Positions 46,590 to 60,643 of a stretch of DNA of 64,000 nucleotides are shown piece by piece. The stretch is from the NCBI RefSeq assembly GCF_018350175.1, contig NC_058369.1:17300001-17364000 (forward strand), in the 5' to 3' direction. Positions within the stretch are counted from its first letter, which is position 1; every line of letters begins with the position of its first letter. The notes beneath the pieces are model-generated. The model was not told where the DNA came from. It made no database searches and worked only from the letters and a program-made list of their open reading frames with translations. This stretch comes from Felis catus (Eukaryota). Made by a program: the position numbers and the translations under genes.

Positions 46590-49500
46590 CTGGGAGGCTT
46601 GGGTGGCTCAATCGGTTAAGCATCCAACTCTTGATTTCGGCTCAGGTCATGATCCCACAGTTTGTGGGTTTGACCCCTGCATCAGGCTTTGTGCTGACAA
46701 TGGACAGCCTGCTTGGGATTCTCCCTCTCCCTTTTTCTCTCTGCCCCTCCTCCATTCATGTGCGTGCGCGTGCGCTCTCTCGCTCTCTCTCTCTCTCTCA
46801 AAATAAATAAACTTTAAAAACCAACTGGGACAAGACTGTCAACAGCAATCATTTCAAGTCACCAAAATTAAAAAAAAAAAAAAAAAGTCAGATCTAAATA
46901 AATGCGGAGACATACTACGTTCATCAATGCAAAACTCAATATTGTTAAGATGGTAATTCTCAAACTGACCACTATATTCAAGGCAATTAAAAGTGTCAGC
47001 AAAATTTTTTGAAGATGTCAGAATGGAAATGCATAAAAACACAAAACAGCCAAAACAATTTTGAAGAAAAGCACATTGGAGGACTTACATTACTTGATTT
47101 CAAAAGTTACTTTTACAAATGTACAATAACCAAGTCAGTGTTGTACGGACCACACATTAGATAAATGGAGCAGAACAGAGTTCAGAAAGAAACCTAAGTT
47201 GTGGATGACTGGTTTTTAACAGAGGTGCCAAGGGTATTCAATGCGGAAAGGATAATTTTTTTCAACCAGTGATACAGAAACAGTTGGTCACTTACCTCAC
47301 ACCACATGCAAAATCTAACTCCAAATAGATTAAAGACCTAAATATAAACATGTAAAACTAAAAACTTGTAGAAGAAAACTAGGAGAAAAATCTCTGTGAC
47401 CCTGGATTAGACAAAGACTTCTTAGACATGTCATCAAAGGTAGGATCCAAAAAAGAAAAAAATACTGATGAACTGGACATCATGGTAATGTAAAACTTTT
47501 GCTTTTCAAAGATACCATTAAGAATATGAAAAGAGAAGACCCCAACTGAGAGAAAATATTTGCAAATGGATGAATCTGATAAAGGACATGTATTCAGAAG
47601 AGATCAAAATCTGTTACAACATAATCTACATTAGCTAAGTTTTAATAAGAGAGAAACAGTTCACTTATCACATTAAAAACTTAATATATTCATAAGTAAC
47701 TTAAATATTGGTACATACTGTGGATTCAAAACTGTGTTTAAGCATTTAATATGGAGGAAAAGCGACTTCACTCTTTGCTTAGTTTTGTTTATACTTGCTG
47801 TGAACAATGTGTAAACTTTTCTTTAATTTCCCTTATACTTTGTTTGCTCTGATCATATTTATTAAGATGTTATTCTTTGTCTGTTAAGTCTAATGATAAA
47901 AAATTAAGACTTGGAAAAAATCTCTTCCAACACAGTTATAACACAAGCAACTCAATTTTAAATGGGGAAAAGATTTCAACAGACATTTTCATCAAGGAAA
48001 ATACACAAATGGGTAATTTGCACACGAGAAAAAGCTCATCATCATTAGTCAATAAGGAAATGCAAACTGCCATCACTATGAGATGCCACTACACTACAGA
48101 ACTGCTAAACCAAAAGACTGATGATACCAGGAGTTTGTGAGGATATAGAGAAAAAGGAAGCTTCTTTCATTCCTGGAGGGAATGTTAAATTCTTTAAGTA
48201 AATACTAAATAAATACTTTAGAAAATAGTCTGGGGCACCTGGGTGGTTCAGTCGTTTAGGCGTCTGACTTCGGCTCAGGTCATGACATGATCTAGCTGTT
48301 TGTGAGTTCAAGTCCTGCCTCGGGCTCTGTGCTGACAGCTCAGAGCCTGGAGCTTGTTTCAGATTCTGTGTCTCCTCTCTCTCTGCCCCTTCCCTGCTCA
48401 CATTCTGTCTCTCAGAAATGAATAAACATTAAAAAAAAAAAAAAAAACTTTTTTAAAGAAAATAGTCTGATGGCTTCCTTTTCTTATTAACAGCTTAACT
48501 GAGATAATAAATTTACCCTAAATTGTTTTTTAAGCTTTATTTATTTATTTTGAGAGAAAGAGAGCATAAGTAGGGGAGGAACAGAGAGAAGGACAGAGAG
48601 AGAATTCCACGCAGGCTCCACACTATCCACGCAGAGGCAGACGCATGGCTTGAACTCACAAACCGTGAGATCATGACCTGAGCAGAAATCGAGTCGGATG
48701 CTTAACTGACTAAGCCACCCAGGAGCCCCTAAATTTACCCTTTTAAAGTGTAGAATCCAGTGGGTTTTACTATATTCACTGAGTTATATAACTACCACCA
48801 CTATCTAACTTAACATTTTTATTAACTCCAAAATCCTATACCCATTCCCCTTTCCCACTTTCCCCCAGCCCCTAGCAATCATGAATCTACTTTCTGTTTC
48901 TGTGAATTTTCCTATTCTAGACATATCACATAAATGTAATCATACAATATGCAGCCTTTTGTGACTGGCTTATTTCACTAAGCACACTGTTTCCAAGGTT
49001 CATCCTCGTTGTGGCTTGTGTCAGAACTTCACAGCTTTGTACGGCCAAATAATTCTCCATTGTATGAATATACCATAGTTTATCAATTCATCTGTTGACA
49101 TTTGATTGTTTCCATTTTTTGGCTATTGTAAACAACGTTGCTATATACATTTAGGTACAGGTTTTTGCATATGTTTCCAATTCTACAGAATTTCTGGGTC
49201 ATACAGCAACTCTTATGCTTAACATTTTGCAAATCTCTCTCAAAAATAAACATTAAAAAAAAGAAATGTCTATTCAAACCATTTACCCATTTTTTAATTG
49301 AGCTATTTGGGTTTTTTAAATTATTACTGAGATGCAAGATTCACTTTCTTTTTTAAATTCAAGCATAGTTAACATACATTTTATTAGCTTCAGGTGTACA
49401 ATACAATGATTCAACAATTCTATACATTACTCAGTGCTCATCACAGTAAATGTACTTTAAAAAAATTTTTTTTTAAATTTACATCCAAATTAGTTAGCAT

Positions 49501-51760
49501 ATATTGCAACAATGATTTCAGGAGTAGACTCAGTTCCCTTTACCCATTTAGCCCATCCCCCCCTCCCACAAACCCTCCAGTAACCCTCTGTTTGTTCTCC
49601 ATATTTATGAGTCTCTTCTGTTTTGTCCCCCTCCCTGTTTTTATATTATTTTTGTTTCCCTTCCCTTATGTTCATCTGTTTTGTCTCTTAAAGTCCTCAT
49701 ATGAGTGAAGTCATATGATTTTTGTCTTTCTCTGACTAATTTCACTCAGCATAATACCCTCCAGTTCCATCCACATAGTTGCAAATGGCAAGATTTCATT
49801 CTTTTTGATTGCCAAGTAATACTCCATTGTATATATATATATATATATACCACATCTTCTTTATCCATTCATCCATCAATGGACATTTGGGCTCTTTCCA
49901 TACTTTGGCGATTGTTGATTGTGCTGCTATATAAACATGGGGGTGCAGGTGTCCCTTCGAAACAGCACACCTGTATCCCGTGAATAAATGCCTAGTAGTG
50001 CAATTGCTGGGTCATAGGGTAGTTCTACTTTTAGTTTTTTGGGGAACACAGTAAATGTACTTTTAATTGCCTTCACCTATTTCACCCATCTCCTCACCCA
50101 CCTTTCCTCTGGCAACCACCAGTCTGTTCTCTGTATTTAAGAGTGTGCTTTTTGCTTCTTTTGTTTCCTTTTGTATTGTTCTTTTGTTTCCTAAATTCCA
50201 CATATGAGTGAAATCATATTGTATTTGTCTTTCTCTGATTTATTGCATTTAGCATTCCACCCTTGAGATCCATCCAAGATTTATTTTCTTGAGGATATCC
50301 TTAGCACAAAAAAATTTTAATTTAGATAAAATCCAATTTTTCTTTTTGAAGATTTCATTTTTAAGTAATCTCTACACCCAACATAGGACTTGAATTTACA
50401 ACACCAAGATCAAGAGTCACGTGCCACTCCGACTGAACCAGCCAAGTGTCTGGACAAAGTCCAATTTATCTGGTTTTCTTTTGTCACTTGTGCTTTGGAG
50501 CCCTAAGAAACCACTGACTAATCCAAGGTCATAAAGATCTATGCCTAGGTTTTCTTGTAGGAGATTTATAGTTTTACCTCTTATATTTAGGTCTATGATC
50601 CACTTTGAGTTTGTTTGTTTGTTGTTTTTTTTTTTTTATGTGATAATAGAGGTAGGGGTGCCAACTTCATTCTTTTGCACATAGATATTCAGTTTTCCTG
50701 GCCCCGTTTGCTGAAAAGACTATAGCAGTCCCCCCTTATTGGTGGAGGATATGTTCCAAGACACCCCAATGGACTCCTGAAACTGCAAACAGTACTGACC
50801 CTACATATACTACTATTTTTCCTATTCATACATACCCTGTGACAAAGTGTAATGTATAAATCAGGCACACCAAGAGGTTAACAATAACTAATAATGAAAT
50901 AGAATAATTATAGCAATATACTATAAACAAAAGTTATAGGAATGTGGTCTCTCTATCAAAATATTTTGGTGTACTATGTTCACCCTTCCTGTGATGATAT
51001 AAGATGACAAAATGCCTGTGATGAAATGAAATAAGGTGAACGACATAGACACTGTGACACAATGTTAGGCTACTGCTGACCTGATCTGTCAGAAGGAGAA
51101 CCATCTGCTTCCATAAAGCTGCTAGCCATGGATAACTGAAACCATGGAAAGCAAAACCACGGATGAGGGGGTACTGCTGTGTTCTTCTCCCTTGATTTAT
51201 TTAGCACCCTTGTTGGAAAATGTAAGAGTTTATTTCTAGACTTTGACAGTTTCTTAAAATGTTTCTTAAAATGTTAAACACACGCTTACCACATGACCCA
51301 ATAATTTCAACCCTGGGTTGAAAGAGAAATGAAACCATATATCTATATAAAAACCAGTATATTAATGTTGACAGCTGCATTATTCATAATAGCTAAAAAT
51401 CAGAAACTCAATGTTCATCAACTAGTGAATGGATAAACAAAATACGGTGCATACATACAGTGGAATAATATGCAGCTGGCTATATAAATGGGAATGAACT
51501 ACTGATAAACACTACAATACAGATGAGCCTTAAAAGCACTGTGATCTGTGAGAAAAAGCAAGACACAAAAGACTATATGTTTTATGATTCTGTTCACATG
51601 AGTTTTCTAGAAAAGGCACAACTATAAAGACAGGAAATAGAATAGTGGTTGCCTAGACTGTAGGTAGGAATGGGAATTGAGCATAAATGGGCCCAAGGGA
51701 ATTCTGAGGGTGATAAAAATATTCTAAAAATGGATTAGGGTGACTTTAGTATATACTTCC
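46590..51760. mobile_element. Multi-layer nest of L1 fragments of different ages plus CanSINEs
   Basis: Plus-strand L1 at 46820-48200 and 51245-51760, interrupted by minus-strand L1s. Young L1 3' end at 49460-50046 with TSD cacagtaaatgtacttt. SINEs at about 46590, 48232, 48525 and 50350. Confidence 0.85.
50723..51179. mobile_element. MER44-like Tigger (Tc1/mariner) non-autonomous DNA transposon
   Basis: Degenerate TIRs agcagtcccccc(c)ttat...atgagggggtactgctg, TA on the left flank, and MER44-type internal text. Confidence 0.85.
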
Positions 51761-52194
51761 TTGTTAGGGGTATGAACTTTTGTTGAGAGGGGCATAAAAG
51801 TCAATGAGAAAGAAGTTTTGGAAGGCTGAGTAGCCACAGTACCAAAGTTTAAAGTTTCCCTACTGTCTTCCTTCTGGAAAACAGACTAAGACCTAAGGAA
51901 GACATGGCTGCAAGGAGAAGGCTCCGCTACAAGGTACTTATAAACATTTCTATGGCTGCTAACACACCAACTGCTAACCTCAAGGCGAACAGGGGGTGGA
52001 AGTGGCACGATGCCTCTTTAATTAGTAGCCAACTCATTAGGCTGCCTCTAGGTGTAAATGTTCCCCTTCAAGGTTGCCCTTTATCTTCATGTTTCATATA
52101 ATCATTTAAATCTGATTTCACCTACATGAAGTGCTTTGGGGGGAAAAGGAGAGAAGAAGAATAAAACAAACACACTTAACCTAAATTTGCATTT

Positions 52195-52421
52195 TCTTTT
52201 TTTTTTAAGCTAATTTATTTGGGGGGGGGGTGGAGAGGGAGAGAGAGAGAGAGAATGAGTAGGGGAAGAGGCAGAGAGAGAGGGAGAGAAAGAATCCCAA
52301 GCAAACTCCGCACTGTCAGGGCAGAGCCTGATGCAGGGCCGATCTCACAGACCTTGAGATCAAGACCTGAGCCAAAATCAAGAGTAGGACACTTAACCAA
52401 CTGAGCCACCCAGGCATGCCT
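52195..52421 (-). mobile_element. CanSINE
   Basis: TSD aatttgcattttct. Confidence 0.9.
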
Positions 52422-53639
52422 CAATTTGCATTTTCTAAAATGGTCCTTTAGGAACATCTCCTGGGAGGATCTTGGCTATCTGAAGATTTTTTTTCTATAA
52501 ATGTTTTTACTCACACATAATAAATATGTGGACTTTAAGTGATTTCCCATGCCTACAAGAATGGGAGGTGGATAATATACTAGAATTTTAAATAAGATAT
52601 TTAATTACCACTTTCTAACTAAAACTCTTCTTACATAAATAAAACACGTAATCCCTAAGAAACTCATCTGCTGGATGGAGAGTTAACACAGTAAACGGCT
52701 AACGCTCCCGGGTTCTGTGTGTTAACCAGAGCCTTTAGCAGGAGTGGTTTCTCTCTGGTGGTTATGGGCACTGACCTGCATGCAGCTAAGAAACTTCTGC
52801 TCTAACTTATAAGAAAAGGAAACATCACTTCTTCAAAACAGATTTTTTCCAAAATTTAAGCAATGTTTGTCACAGTGCCTTTTTCACATGGGAACTGATT
52901 GTCATAATCGTCTTTCATCAGTGATGTTTACAATGGACAATATAGATATTCCACACATAGCTATTCCCAAGGTCAACTCTCACTAAATGACAAAAGTAAA
53001 TGCCTCCTGTTGTGGTACAATTTGGGGCCAGGGAGAAGAAAAAATTTTAGCAATACAGTTCAGATACGGAGTCTACAAGCAGCAGGGACGAGAACACCCG
53101 GTACTGTAATGTGGTCCTGTAAATTCATGTCTAAGCATCTCCAGAGGTTTGAATGCATCACCTCCATTTCCTCCAAGCACCTCCTCCTCCTTTTGGTCTC
53201 TCCCCACCCCCCCACCCCATATGCTTTCTCTTTTCTGCCACCCTTTAGCTTTAAGAGAGCCCACTTTAAATGGCATTTCAACACAAGGAAGTTCTGCAGA
53301 GCTGACTATAGTCAAACTGCGTTAGTTGTGGGGTTTAATTTTCTATAATTTCCTGTAATGCTTAATATGTATTCATCACTATTTCAGCAGACTTATAGGC
53401 CCAATTTTATAGAGACCACATACTTGTTTTTATACAGTGCTGGAGAAGTGGAGAAAACATTCAGCAGAGTCAAATATGAGTTGAGGCCATGGGTAAGAAT
53501 GGGTAAATAAGGAGCACACCAATTTGAATAGAAAAACCTTGTGGAGGACTACAGTTCTTCACAAAGGACTGCTAGAGAATAGCTAGGACATCAAAGGCCA
53601 AAAAAGTAGACCCCAAGGTTTATCTGCCTGTATCCCTCC

Positions 53640-53900
53640 TAAAGGGGAACCACTCTATTCCCTTCCAGATGGGCCTGGTGCAGCAGTCTATCATGGAGTT
53701 TTTGCTTCACTGACCAAAGGGGTACACTTGGGACTCATTCATTCAGGCCAAAAGTCCTCTGGAGAAATCTGATACACAGACCTGACATTTTGGATCTTGA
53801 GCCACAATGACATACTGGGCCGCCAGTGGCCCTCTTTGCCACTTTGAAAGAGCCTGCCTGAGAATGAAGCCAAAGAGAGGGCAAAGGAGAAAGGTAGAGC
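53640..53900 (+). mobile_element. MaLR (MLT1-like) LTR fragment
   Basis: gagcctgcctgagaatgaagccaa motif. Confidence 0.5.
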
Positions 53901-55569
53901 GTAAGTGAGTGAGTGAGTGAGTGAAGCAGAGATAGAACAAGGGGAGGACAGAAAAGCAAGAGAGGGACTTATGAGCCAAGTAGGATTCTAAAAGCCTTTA
54001 GGTGTTAAAAAAAAAAAAAATCTAGCTGTAGGCAGCCAACAGACACATAAATGTACAGTCCCTAGTTCTTAGAATAGGAGACAAATTGAGGAAATGTCTA
54101 AAAACTTAAGAAATCTATCATTTGTCTATAACAGTCTGAAGGTTTCTTCAAAGGACAGAAAAGAAATCTAAACCGAAAGTAGAAAGAAAGAAAACTGGAC
54201 TGCAAATGAGGAGATCCAGGCTCTAACTCTGGCTGCCACTTAACTCCGGGCATGACTTCAAGACTTGTAGAGCCACAGACTACTATACTAACTTAGAATT
54301 TAAAAAAAAAAAAAAAAAAAAAAAAGGTTGTGATACACAATTTTTAAAATGCATTTTAACTCTAAATTGTGAGACCTCTAACATCCATTCATCTTTATAT
54401 GCCTCAAAAATCTAGTAAAATATAATTTACATACAAGTACTCAGAAGTTACTGGTTAAATGGAAGTACTTGGACATTTGTTAAGCCAAAAAGATTATAAT
54501 AAATAAAAAAAAAAAAACCCACAATGTCCTTGGGGTTCACAAGTGGCATATGGAGGAGGGAAGAAGATAAGGTGGCAAATATTTGGATAAACACTTCTTA
54601 AAATCAATAAAAATATAAATAATACATTATCTTACCTCTCACATCACAAAGGCACAAATATAACAACAGAGTTCCACTCTGGATTATTAAAAAGAAATTA
54701 ACCAGAAAATGATGGGAGAAGACAGTTTTCTGATGCTCTGAAGTTGAAGCTAAGAATCAATCTGTAACTGACTCCATAGTACTATAAGCAACAGTCTCAA
54801 ACCCTGGTCTTTGGCTACTTTCCAGAATAATTTTTCCTCCCCCCCTTATTTATTATTAAATCTTTTAATAAATCTATAGCAGAGTTTAAACAACAGAAAG
54901 GGAAGGCAGGAGGGAGGAAAATAGAACAAACAAGTAAGCAAGCAAACAAAGGGATGACCCTGCTCTGATCAAAAGCTTAAATGTAGAAATTTGGGACGGC
55001 TTTTTTGTCTCTCTTCGTCTTAGTAATGACCTCTAAAGGATATTTATTCTTTATTACAATATTTATTACAATAAAAAGCATGCTATTAATATTTTTATAT
55101 TCCATAGAACTTCCATCTTTGGCTTGCTTCCGGAATTAGAGAAGATGCACCCACCATCTACTGTTTCAAAGCTCATAAAGGCAATTTGTTTAGGGCTTCA
55201 ACATGACAAATGCTTCTCCCAGAATAACATAAATGTTGGATGCTAATCTAACACTCTTCCTCATCCGCTGAAATGAACCAATGGCAGGGCTATTCCCCAC
55301 TACTTCAACAGGAAAGTCACACTCCGGACACTCCAGACAGGCCAGACCCTCGCAGCCCATGCTTCTCCTACCCCTCCCAGTGCCTGTGCTCATCAGATGA
55401 ACCTCTGCCCACTGCTGGACTCACATCCCAGAGCCATGACTCAGGTGTCCGTTTCCACACAGCTTCTGTCATAACTTTAATGCTTAGTCTCCTCCTCTTA
55501 GCAATTTCGACCTTCATTGTTCCTAGGAAACAATTTAGTCCCTGAACACATATTTCCTTATTAGTCTAA

Positions 55570-55822
55570 CTTTTTTTTTTTTTTACTTTAAAAAATTTTT
55601 TTTTCTTTTTTTTCAACGTTTTTTTTATTTTATTTTTGGGACAGAGAGAGACAGAGCATGAACGGGGGAGGGGCAGAGAGAGAGAGAGACACAGAATCGG
55701 AAACAGGCTTCAGGCTCTGAGCCATCAGCCCAGAGCCCGACGCGGGGCTCGAACTCACGGACCGCGAGATCATGACCTGGCTGAAGTCGTACGCTTAACC
55801 GACTGCGCCACCCAGGCGCCCC
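55570..55822 (-). mobile_element. Young felid CanSINE
   Basis: Near-consensus body with CpGs retained. Confidence 0.93.
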
Positions 55823-56904
55823 TTTTTTTACTTTTTAAATACTTAAACCTTTAAGTATGTTCATCACTTAAATAATTCATTACTTAACATGTATTAATCT
55901 TGTTGCTCCAATCCATTAATATGTTTCTTTGAAAAATAAAGACTATGTTTCTATTACTTTATTTCTTCAAAAGGCCTAGCTCACTGCATGACACAGAACA
56001 GCATTTGATAAATAAGCTGTTAATCAAAATTATCACAAGGTCCTTATTCTGGACTGGATTATTTAAGTTAATAAATTCACACTATATATAAAATTGCTTG
56101 GAAAGTGATTTACATTTAGTATGAGAAAGCATAAGGAACCCCAGGAGATTTTACACAAGAGCCTATCGTGTCTAAAATAAATTTTAGAAGACCAGTGATT
56201 CTGCTTACCCTTTGGTTAAAAAGAAACCCATAATTTCAGGGGGTTTTGTTGTTGTTGTTGTTGTTGTTGCTGTTGTTGTTTTATTGAAGTATAGGTGACA
56301 TCAATGTTTACCAGTTTCAGGTGTACACATACTGATTTGACAATTCCATACATTACTCACTGCTCATTGTGGTAGGTGTAGTCACTGTCTATTGTCATAT
56401 GTTATTACAATTACTGTTGACTATATTCCCTCCGCTGTACTTTTCATCTCTGTGACTTATTTATTTTTTAACATTTTTATTTATTTTTGAGAGAGAGACA
56501 GAGAGTGAGTATGGGGGGAACAGAGAGAGACAGAGACACAGAACCTGAAGCAGGCTCTAGGCTCTGAGCTGTCAGCACAGAGCCTGACATGGGGCTTGAA
56601 CCGGTGAACAGGGAGATTATGACCCGACCCAAAGTAGGATGCTCAACCAACTGAGTCACCCAGGAGCCCCAATATACCTGGAAATTTGTACCTCTTAATC
56701 CCATTCACCTATTTTGTCCTTCCCCCCAACCCACCTACCCTCTGGCAACCGCCAGTTTGTTCTCTGTATTTAAGAGTTTGCTTGATGTTTATTTTGTTTT
56801 TTAGATTCCACATGCAAGTGGAATCATATGGTAATTTGTATTTCTGACTTACTTCACTTAGTATAATACCCTCTAGATCCAACCATGTTGTCACAACTGG
56901 CAAG

Positions 56905-57085
56905 TATGGTGTCTAGATGGGGGGGGGGGGTCTCTCGATCTGATGGGTGCCCCCAAATGCAGGGTGAGGATTAGGTGGAAGCCAACAGCATGGGAGGTGA
57001 AAGAATTCCCCTGAGGTAGAACAAAAGAGATAGAAGTTTACCGAATACACGGCAGGGGAGTGGTGGGCAGGACAGCAGAGGAACT
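56905..57085 (-). mobile_element. LTR 3' fragment related to 57442-57856
   Basis: Reverse complement shares tgctgtcctgccca, taaacttctatctcttttgt and gaattctttcacc with the downstream LTR. Confidence 0.7.
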
Positions 57086-57126
57086 TTTTTGTTGTTGTTG
57101 TTCTTTTTTATGGCTGAGTAGTACTG

Positions 57127-57173
<47 letters not shown>

Positions 57174-57441
57174 ACATCTTCTTTATCCATTCATCTATCA
57201 GTGGATACCTGGGTTACTTACATATCTTGGCTATCATAAATAATGTTGCAATAAACATAGGGATGCGTATATCTTTTCAAATGAGTGTTTTTCTTTTCTT
57301 TGGGTAAGTACCCAGTAGTGGAATAACTGGATCTATTTCTATTTTTAATCTTCTGAGGAACTTCCATACTGTTTTCCACAGTGGCTACACAAAGGTTCCT
57401 TTCCTTCCACATCCTAGCCTACACTTGTTCCCTGTCTTTTT

Positions 57442-57856
57442 TGTAGAGACTGCTTTTAGGCAACAGACTTGAGCAATGGAAACTTGAGCAAGGCAAAAAG
57501 ACCCAAGGCGGCAACCACTAGGCTAACTGCAAACAGGCTCTTCAAGCAACCTACCTCAAAATAGCCATAGGCCCTAACTGACCAATTACGACCAGGCACA
57601 ATTCCTAAGATTACCAAAAAAGGGAAAATTCCTGAGGTCTCCATACTTCCTCACTCCACCCTATAACTGTGGCCCCTCACCACCACCTCCTTGCAGTCTC
57701 TCTCCTTTGCTGTCCTGCCCACAGGACAATGTATTCATTAAACTTCTATCTCTTTTGTATCGCTTTAGGTGAATTCTTTCACCGCCCACACGGCCAGCCC
57801 CCAACCAACTGGGACACCCCACATTTGGTGGCCCCTCATCTGATCGGAACCCCCCA
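57442..57856 (+). mobile_element. Solo LTR (ERV1-like)
   Basis: TG...CA ends; CCAAT, TATAA and ATTAAA; interrupts L1 sequence. Confidence 0.75.
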
Positions 57857-58529
57857 TGTTTTTAATTCTAGTCATTCTAACTGGTATGAAGTGATACTTC
57901 ATTGTGGTAAAAACAAAAACATCTCAAAAAAATTTTTTTAAGATTCTATTTTTAAGTAATCTCTACACTCAATTTGGGGCTTGAACTCACTACTGGGCTA
58001 TCAAGAGTCACATGCTCTACTAAGCCAGCCAGGCACCCCTAAAACCCACAATTTTCAATCAGAGATGTGAATACATTTTCTTCAGACATTCTAGGGAAGA
58101 AACATGCATCTCTCATTTTAAGATGCAGAAGGCACTGGTTATCTTCCCCCCATAGTGATGGGGCAGCACAGCCTAAAGCAGCTCTCTGGGGAGCTATGTT
58201 GAGAAGAGCCAGCCTCCAGCCAACAGTATTATTAATGAGCAAATCTAACAGAGGCTCACTCCCACATCTTCATTCAATGCTACTGACCTAGATTTCCTTC
58301 TTAAAACTCCACAGCAAAAGCAGGCAAACTCCCTTGCAGGAACCGTTAGAATAAAAAAAAATTTTTTCCAGCATAACTGCAATCTACTCAGACACTGATT
58401 TCAGTAAAAAAATGAAAGATGAAATTCTAAATAAGAATCAATTTACATAAAGCAATGGAAATAACACTAGATACCTTGGGTCTCCTATAAACGATTCAAG
58501 AATGGGAAAAAATACAGGCCAGTTTCTAC

Positions 58530-59856
58530 TGTGAAATTAGATCATTTAATAGTAAAGGCAACTGGTTATATACTAAAAGTGCCAACTAATCAAGCAGTAA
58601 TATCTATATATCAAAGCCAGAACAATTCTATCAGATAAGATCCATTCCAAGTGAAAGACCAATAGATTTTAATATAACAGAATACAAAACATTCACTGAT
58701 AAGGTTTTTAAGAAACTACCACTTGTCGATTTTTTATAACTTCTTTAAAAAGTTTTTATTTATTATTTTTGAGAGAGAGAGAGAGAGACCGAGCACTAGC
58801 AGGGAGGGGCAGAGAGAGAGAGAGGGAGACACAGAATCCAAAGCAGGCTCCAGGCTCTGAGCTGTCAGAGCCTGAAGAAGAGCTCAAACTCACAAGCCAT
58901 GAGATGATGATCCGAGCCGAAGTCGTACATTTAACCGACTGAGCCACCCAGGCACCCCTGTAACTTTTTTAAAATTTATTTTGAGGTGGGGAGGAGCAGA
59001 GAAAGGGAGAGAGAGAATCCCAAGCAGGCTCCGTGCTGTTAGCACGGATCCCGACATGGGGCTCGATTCCAGGAACCATGAGATCATGAACTGAGTCGAA
59101 ATCAAGAGCTGGATGCCTAACCAACTGAGCCACCCAGATGTCCCTACTTGTCAAGTTTAATGTCAAATCAAAGAATATCCAGTTACCTGAAAACGAACTG
59201 TCAAAATACTCCTCTTAACTACATATATGAGACAGATTTTCTTCATATTCTTCAACTCAAACAACATATTGTGACACTGAATGCAGAGGCAGCTTTGAGA
59301 ATCCAGTTGTCTTCTATTAAACCAGACATGAAAGACATTTAGAAAAACGTAAAACAACACAGTCCTTCCAACTAAACTCTTTTTTGAAACTATACTAATT
59401 TTTTTTTACTTATTAAAATTCTTAATGTTGACATGTAATGATTCTTAGTTATTTTAAACTAATAAATCTTTTTAACAGTCTCTCAGTTTTAATATCTAAT
59501 TTGATAAATACTGGCAGAGATAACCCATATCAACAAAAGCTCTTTGGGGTCCTTAATAATTTTGTAAACATACAACTGACAATGAGCTGCACAGACTTAA
59601 AGTATACAGTCTGGTAAATTTCAACATATGTATCCTATAACAAGAGAGTGAACATATTCATCACCCTGAAAAGTTTCCTACTTTTGTTCCTTTTCCTAAG
59701 TAGGTCCCAAGCCCAGTATGGAGCCCCAATGTGGGACTTGCACAACCCTGAGATCATGACCTGAGCCAAGATGGAGAGTTGGACGCTTACCCAACTAAGC
59801 CACCCAGGCGCCTCATAGTTTCCTACTTTTTAAGCCATGAAGTTGTCTTGGTATCA
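58530..59856. mobile_element. Charlie1-like hAT DNA transposon remnant with CanSINE insertions (58750-59143, 59700-59812)
   Basis: gagaatccagttgtcttctattaaaccagaca...aaagctctttggggtcct...tttgagaac. Confidence 0.65.
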
Positions 59857-60449
59857 ATAGGTTTGAGAACTGATGACATATTGGAGACATTCTCCCTCTA
59901 CAGAATACTGCTATTTATTTGGAAAGACAAAGAAAAAAGATAAAGAAGAAGCACTGATTGGAGCAGAAAAACTCAGCTCTTTGGATTAACTCAGTTAATT
60001 TCTCTGAACCTCAATATCTCACTTATATCAATGAAAGGACTGTACTAGTATCTATCTGCTCTCTTAGCTCCCTTCAGTTCTAAAAGGCCATTAGCCCACA
60101 TCCCTACACACACACTGTAGACTCATGTGTAAAGCTAACAATCGCTCTTCTAGCTCTTTCTCCCAATGCCACCTCCAAGCATGATCACTCTTCTAGCTCC
60201 TTTCTACAACTCCCCCAACTCCCCTACCTCCAAGCATCAAGAAGTCCAAAACAAAGTTCAAGCTTCATAATGCTTCTACGATACAAACTTAGCCATCTCT
60301 GAAATGAGGAAATATATAATACAACATCTTACAAAGAGCTAAACTGTACCACGAAGGTGTTTAAAATTCATGAAAAGAGAAGTAAGAAAATTAATGCTGG
60401 CAAGAGGGCTTCACAGAAAAGACAGGGGGCAAATCTCTGAATATGGTTT

Positions 60450-60643
60450 TTTTTAAGTGAAAAAAAATTTTTAATGTTTATGTATTTTTGAGAGAGAAAG
60501 GGGGTAGACAGAGGGAGACAGAGGATTTGAAGCAGGCTCTGCACTGATAGCAGAGAGTCTGATATGGGGCTCAAACTAAGAACCCCAAGACCATGATCTG
60601 AGCCAAAGTCGGTCACTTAATCAACTGAGCCACCCAGGCAACC
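60450..60643 (-). mobile_element. CanSINE
   Basis: TSD tctctgaatatggt. Confidence 0.88.

Larger units (their letters stand above)
56270..57910 (-). mobile_element. Carnivore L1 3' region interrupted by a SINE (56465-56670), two LTR pieces and (CA)n (57131-57170)
   Basis: L1 3'UTR and ORF2-end text resumes after each insert. Confidence 0.8.

Noticed and set aside
53010..53348. Overlapping short ORFs in unique sequence
   Set aside because: No recognisable homology or convincing splice-site pair; does not match MAP4 exon 3, which appears to lie beyond the window.
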